Assembly (NCBI GenBank): GCA_013265495.1
Contig: MU058714.1
Span: 744,001 to 808,000 of the forward strand
Source of the DNA: Vicugna vicugna
Taxonomy: Eukaryota
Direction: 5' to 3'
DNA length: 64,000 bases
Both the position numbers and the translations under genes were made by a program. Position 1 is the stretch's first letter, and every line of letters begins with the position of its first letter. Shown in pieces: positions 59,901 to 64,000 of this stretch. The notes beneath the pieces are model-generated. The model had not been told where the DNA came from and did not search any database. It saw only the letters and a list, made by a program, of their open reading frames with translations.

Positions 59901-60439
59901 GGAAGAGCAGGCTTCTCAGGCACAGGAGCTGGATGCCAGGAATCAAATCAGGCAGAGTGGGGAACCAGTGATCACTGTCCAGGGTGCACACTTCATGCCA
60001 GAAGGGCCGCTCTTCTCCCACCTTCCTTCTCCCACTATGACTCGCACTCACCCGGCCTCGGCACTCTCCCTCCCTGTGGCCATAATTACTCTTGTCTGTC
60101 CCTCCCACCAGACTGAGAGCCTTGAGGGCAGCACCAGGCCTTCCCTGCCCAATTCAGCACCCAGCAGTGCCAGGCACACAGGAGGGGCTTTCTGCACCAA
60201 CCAGTGACATCTGGATTCCAGAGGATTCTGAGCTGAGGGTGACTGTTTTTGAAGGTTAGGGCTCCCTGAGGTGCCTCCGGCCTCCCACTCCCTCTTTGGG
60301 AGTGAGACATTGAAAGTAAGGCACTTGGCACATGGGCAGTCACCCAACCCTGGCTGGTTCCCCTTCCAGAGAATCACCCAAGGGTTCACCACCCTTCTTG
60401 GGGAGGAAGAAGAGGAAGAGGAGAAAAGACCCCTCCTCC

Positions 60440-60850
60440 ACCTGCTTAGTATTTACTGAGCACCTGCTTAGCCCTGAACAAGACAAACTCTTGGCCATGC
60501 AGCCTTCAGACATGTTAAATAGGTACATTATCATCTGCGTTGGTTGATGGTAAGACCTACGGAGAAAACCAAGCCAATAAGTATAAGGAACGTGGGGCGT
60601 AACTTTAAGCAGGTGGTCACCTTACTAAGGAGGCGAGCGTCGTGCTGACATACTGGGAGGCGTGTCCCAGGCAGAGGGACCAGCAAGTGCAAAGGTCCTG
60701 GGGCAGGACGGAGCAAGATCAGCTAGGAGCCGGCAGGTCAGCGAGGCTTAAGTGGAGGAGCAGTGAGGGAGTGGCAGATGGGCAGGGCCCCGACTCCCAC
60801 TCTGAGGGAGGCAGGGAGCCACGACAAGGGACACCACTTGACCGCGGGCT
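60440..60850. mobile_element. LINE-2 fragment (another at ~31650-32230)
   Basis: TATTTACTGAGCACCT..CCAGGCAGAGGGACCAGCAAGTGCAAAGGTCCTG, typical of L2. Confidence 0.55.
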
Positions 60851-61600
60851 GCTGTGCGGTGCGAATGGACCGGAGGGCGGAGCCGGGAGACGCCGGCTAG
60901 AGGCTAGGGCGGGACGCCAGCGACTGAAGGAGGCCCGGGCCAGGGCGGCAGCGGCGGAGGAGTGGGAAGGGGCCAGTTCTGGGGCTATCTCGGTGGCACG
61001 GGGGGCAGCCCCACTGCACGTGAGCGTGGAGTCCAGGGGGTCGCGAGGACCGGAAGCTCGGCCCCGCCGCCCGCGCCGGCCGGAAGCCGCGAGGTCAAGC
61101 TCTCGCGGGAGCGCCTCCGCCAATCGCCGCGCGCCCGAGGGCGTTGCCGTGGCAACCCCGTCCCGCGTCCGGGCCCGGCGGTCCCGCCACAGAGCGGCCG
61201 CGCGGCCGAGGTCCTGCTGTTTCTGCCCTCGGGGTCGCCCGCGTTCATCCCTAAGGCCCCCTCGCCCGAAGGTTCGGGGGCAGCTGAGGGCAGGAGGGCG
61301 CAGAAAGCCCAATCGACCCTTTAACGTTGTCCGAGCATTTTACACCCACTGCCGCGGAGGCTGAGCCCCGGACGACACCCCAGGGAGGGCTACCCCGCCT
61401 CTCCCGGACACCCTCCCGCCCGACGTGCACGCCGCCCCTGCGCCCCCGTTTTCTCGCGGCCTCCGGCGTCGAGCCTCATCTCCCTTCCCGCCCTGGAGGA
61501 GGGCCTGGGGAGCTCCTGGGTCCTGCCTCCATCCATCCATCCCTGCAGGGGACGCCTCCCCCATCCCGCCGCCGACACCCAGACCTCAGCGGCGTCCCCT
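60840..61600. promoter_or_regulatory. Orphan CpG island with promoter motifs
   Basis: CpG-dense; two CCGGAAG, TCTCGCGGGA, CCAAT and X-box GTTGCCGTGGCAAC within 61049-61156. Confidence 0.75.
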
Positions 61601-64000
61601 CTGCCTACTTCCCTTTCAGGTTCAGGGCTGGGGTCAGCTGGAGGGGAAGGAGAGAGGGACCTGGAGATTGGACAGCCGAGGGCTGGTGGGCAGCCTCCTC
61701 CCTTTAGAGCCCCAACCTCCGCCCAACCCAGAGGGAGGAGCGGGTCGTGGGGAGAGAATGCCACTAGGCTGCAAGCTCCCTGAAGACAGGGACGCCGTCC
61801 CAACGCGTTAGTTGTCCAGGGAAAGAGGACTGAATTCACGAGTGTGAAATCCTAGGAGATTGAGAGGGAGTTGTCGTTCCCTGGGTTCCCCCAGAGATCC
61901 AGCTCAAAGGAAAGTTACTGCAACCGAGGGAGAGCGCAGTTGGCTGGAGAATTTGGTTTAAAAATAAATAAATAAAATTTAAATTATATAACCAACACAT
62001 GTTTGGTGTAAAAACATGAGAGTATGAAAATCCTTGATCTCACCGCAAGATCTAACCGCTGTTGACATTTCGGAGTATTTCCCCCAGACTTTTCTCAATA
62101 TATTGCATATACTTTTTTTCCAAATAGAGTTTATGTATGTGCTGGTGCTCCGTGGATGGACCCTCATGTGTGCATGGGAATGCAGGCTCCTGATGTGACT
62201 GAAGGGTTTTCCCTCCCCAACACCCGTTTCTCCCCCAACACACATACGCGTGCGCGCGTGCGCTGTACCACGGTGGCCTCTGGTTGCCAGAGCGTCACCT
62301 TCCCCATGCAGCGGGGGTCCGGTGGCAGTGAGCCCTCCATGCTCCATGCTCCTTCTGCGGTCCCAAATTCTCTCGACCTTCTAGGCTAGGGCTGCTGCGG
62401 TGGGAACAGGGTCAAGATGAGACTTGAGGAACCTGCCAGTCCAGGTGAGGGAGGGAAATTCAAGCAAGCAGACCTAACAGAGGAGGGCTCCATCCTTCAG
62501 CCATGGGAGGGTCCCAGGAGAACTGGGAGAAGCGGCCAGGTCAGAAGGGGAGGCAGCCAGGGGCCCAATGCCAACACTTTGCCTCTGTCCTCCTCAGGGA
62601 CCACTGGGCGTGCTGTGAGACCAGTAACCAAAGGAGGGCCCCACGTGCACCCACCCTGTGTTTCACCCTGATAGGACAAGGGGACACCCTGGAAGAAGCC
62701 CCTAGCTAGCCCATCCTCCTGAGCACAGGTTGGAAGCAATGTATGCATGCACTGGGGCAGGGAGGGAGGTCCACTCCTGCCTCTGAGCTCCCCTCTCCCC
62801 CGGGGGGCGGGGCTCAGTTGTTCACAAGCCTGGCCCCTGAGCCCTCCCAGCTGAGCATGCCCAGGGTCCTGAGCATGGTCTCTTTCAGACCACCCCATGG
62901 GCACCTGTGGGGAGCCTTATGTCCTGGCTCCCTGGTGCCTGCAAGTCTGGGTTGATTTTGTCTTTTCCACAAACTGTGTCTAAAGGGTGTCTTGAGTGCG
63001 GTGGCCCCTCTGCTGGGGGGGTTGGAGTGGCAGGAGTTGGTAGGCACCTCTGCGCTGTCCACTAAGGTGCTTATCTCCCTGGCTGCCTGGAGCAGATGCA
63101 GACGCCCTGTCCACCTCACTGCAGCTGACTTCTTATCTCAGAAGCCCCGTAGAACAAGATTCTGGGACACAGAGGCCGTCCTCACTCCTTCCTGTCCTGG
63201 AGGCAGAGGAGCCCCTCCCCCACCTAGTAGCCACAGAGAACCCTGTTTCAGATGCCAGCGCTCCAGACGGAGCCTCCTGACAGGTCTCCTAGAACGTTTC
63301 TTTTCAAAAGTCACTACACATTTCTCTGCGTAAAGCCATTCAGTGGCCTCCCAGATGATTCAGAGTAAGACCTACAGTTCTTTCCATGGTGTGTGAGGTG
63401 TCGGTTACCCTCCGTCCAAGGACCCCCAGGAGCACGCCTGCAGAGAATGAAGCGAGGGAGGCGGCACGCCGTGGGGAGCCGGGGGTGTCTGCGAGAGGTG
63501 TAGCAAGGACCCTGGGGATGGGCTTGTGCTGGGGAACCTGGGGAGGATCAAGGGAGCGGGCTGGGATGGAGGCTTCGGGGAGCAGGGGCGATGCCACAGT
63601 CGGGAGTCTTAATAACGTGTGTCTAGAAGACAGGAGACCAGAGCGAAGCTGAGGCTGAAGGTGGTAAACCCACTCTAGTCAGTGACGAAGGGGGGCCGGG
63701 GGGCCATTTTGAGGTCTGGACAGTGTCCACATTCTGTCTGTGTTCAGATACAGTTGCAGAGGCCCCCTGTCCCTGTTTCCATCCATCTCGGTTGCAGAGC
63801 GGCCCCGTCCGATGATGGTGGCACTAGTTAGCCATGAAGCTGTCAGCACAACACTGAGGCCAGCTGTTGTTTTCCTTTCCATCCCTGTGAGATTGTGACC
63901 TGACCCTCAGCTGTCCCGCACCTCACCTGCAGCTGCTCCTCACTCAGGCCCTCCCGCCGCTCTGCTGTCCTTTGTGGCCGAGCAGGCTGCCCCTTGGGGT

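Noticed and set aside
59338..61364. 256-aa (minus) and 240-aa (plus) ORFs in the distal region
   Set aside because: Low complexity, overlap L2 and CpG-island sequence, no domain or splice structure
43000..64000. Search for NPTX1 or other coding exons
   Set aside because: No pentraxin-like translation in the ORF track or by eye; the gene presumably lies beyond the window

Overview
Mammalian genomic DNA that is GC- and CpG-rich. It is probably camelid, judging from tRNA-derived SINEs with an '...AAATAAACCTAATTACCTCCCCC' tail. The + strand carries the last 29 coding exons of RNF213/mysterin (72..26210; 4224 nt spliced = 1407 aa plus stop; RING, RZ finger and C-terminal region) and its 3' UTR. 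An LTR-containing intergenic gap follows, then the complete 9-exon ENDOV gene (ATG 30676 in a CpG island; stop 42721 by exon-9 read-through; 310 aa). The last ~21 kb has no recognisable coding exon. It holds L1, MaLR, MIR and L2 remnants, a near-perfect REST/RE1 site and an orphan CpG-island promoter; by recalled human synteny NPTX1 should lie just beyond the window. All exon boundaries were read by hand and checked for splice phase. I see no new multi-gene system. The most interesting signals are two full-consensus RE1 silencers, loss of the E2-contacting RING Trp in RNF213 with an intact RZ finger, two GC-AG introns (one at the weakly defined ENDOV exon 3), and the orphan RFX/ETS promoter.
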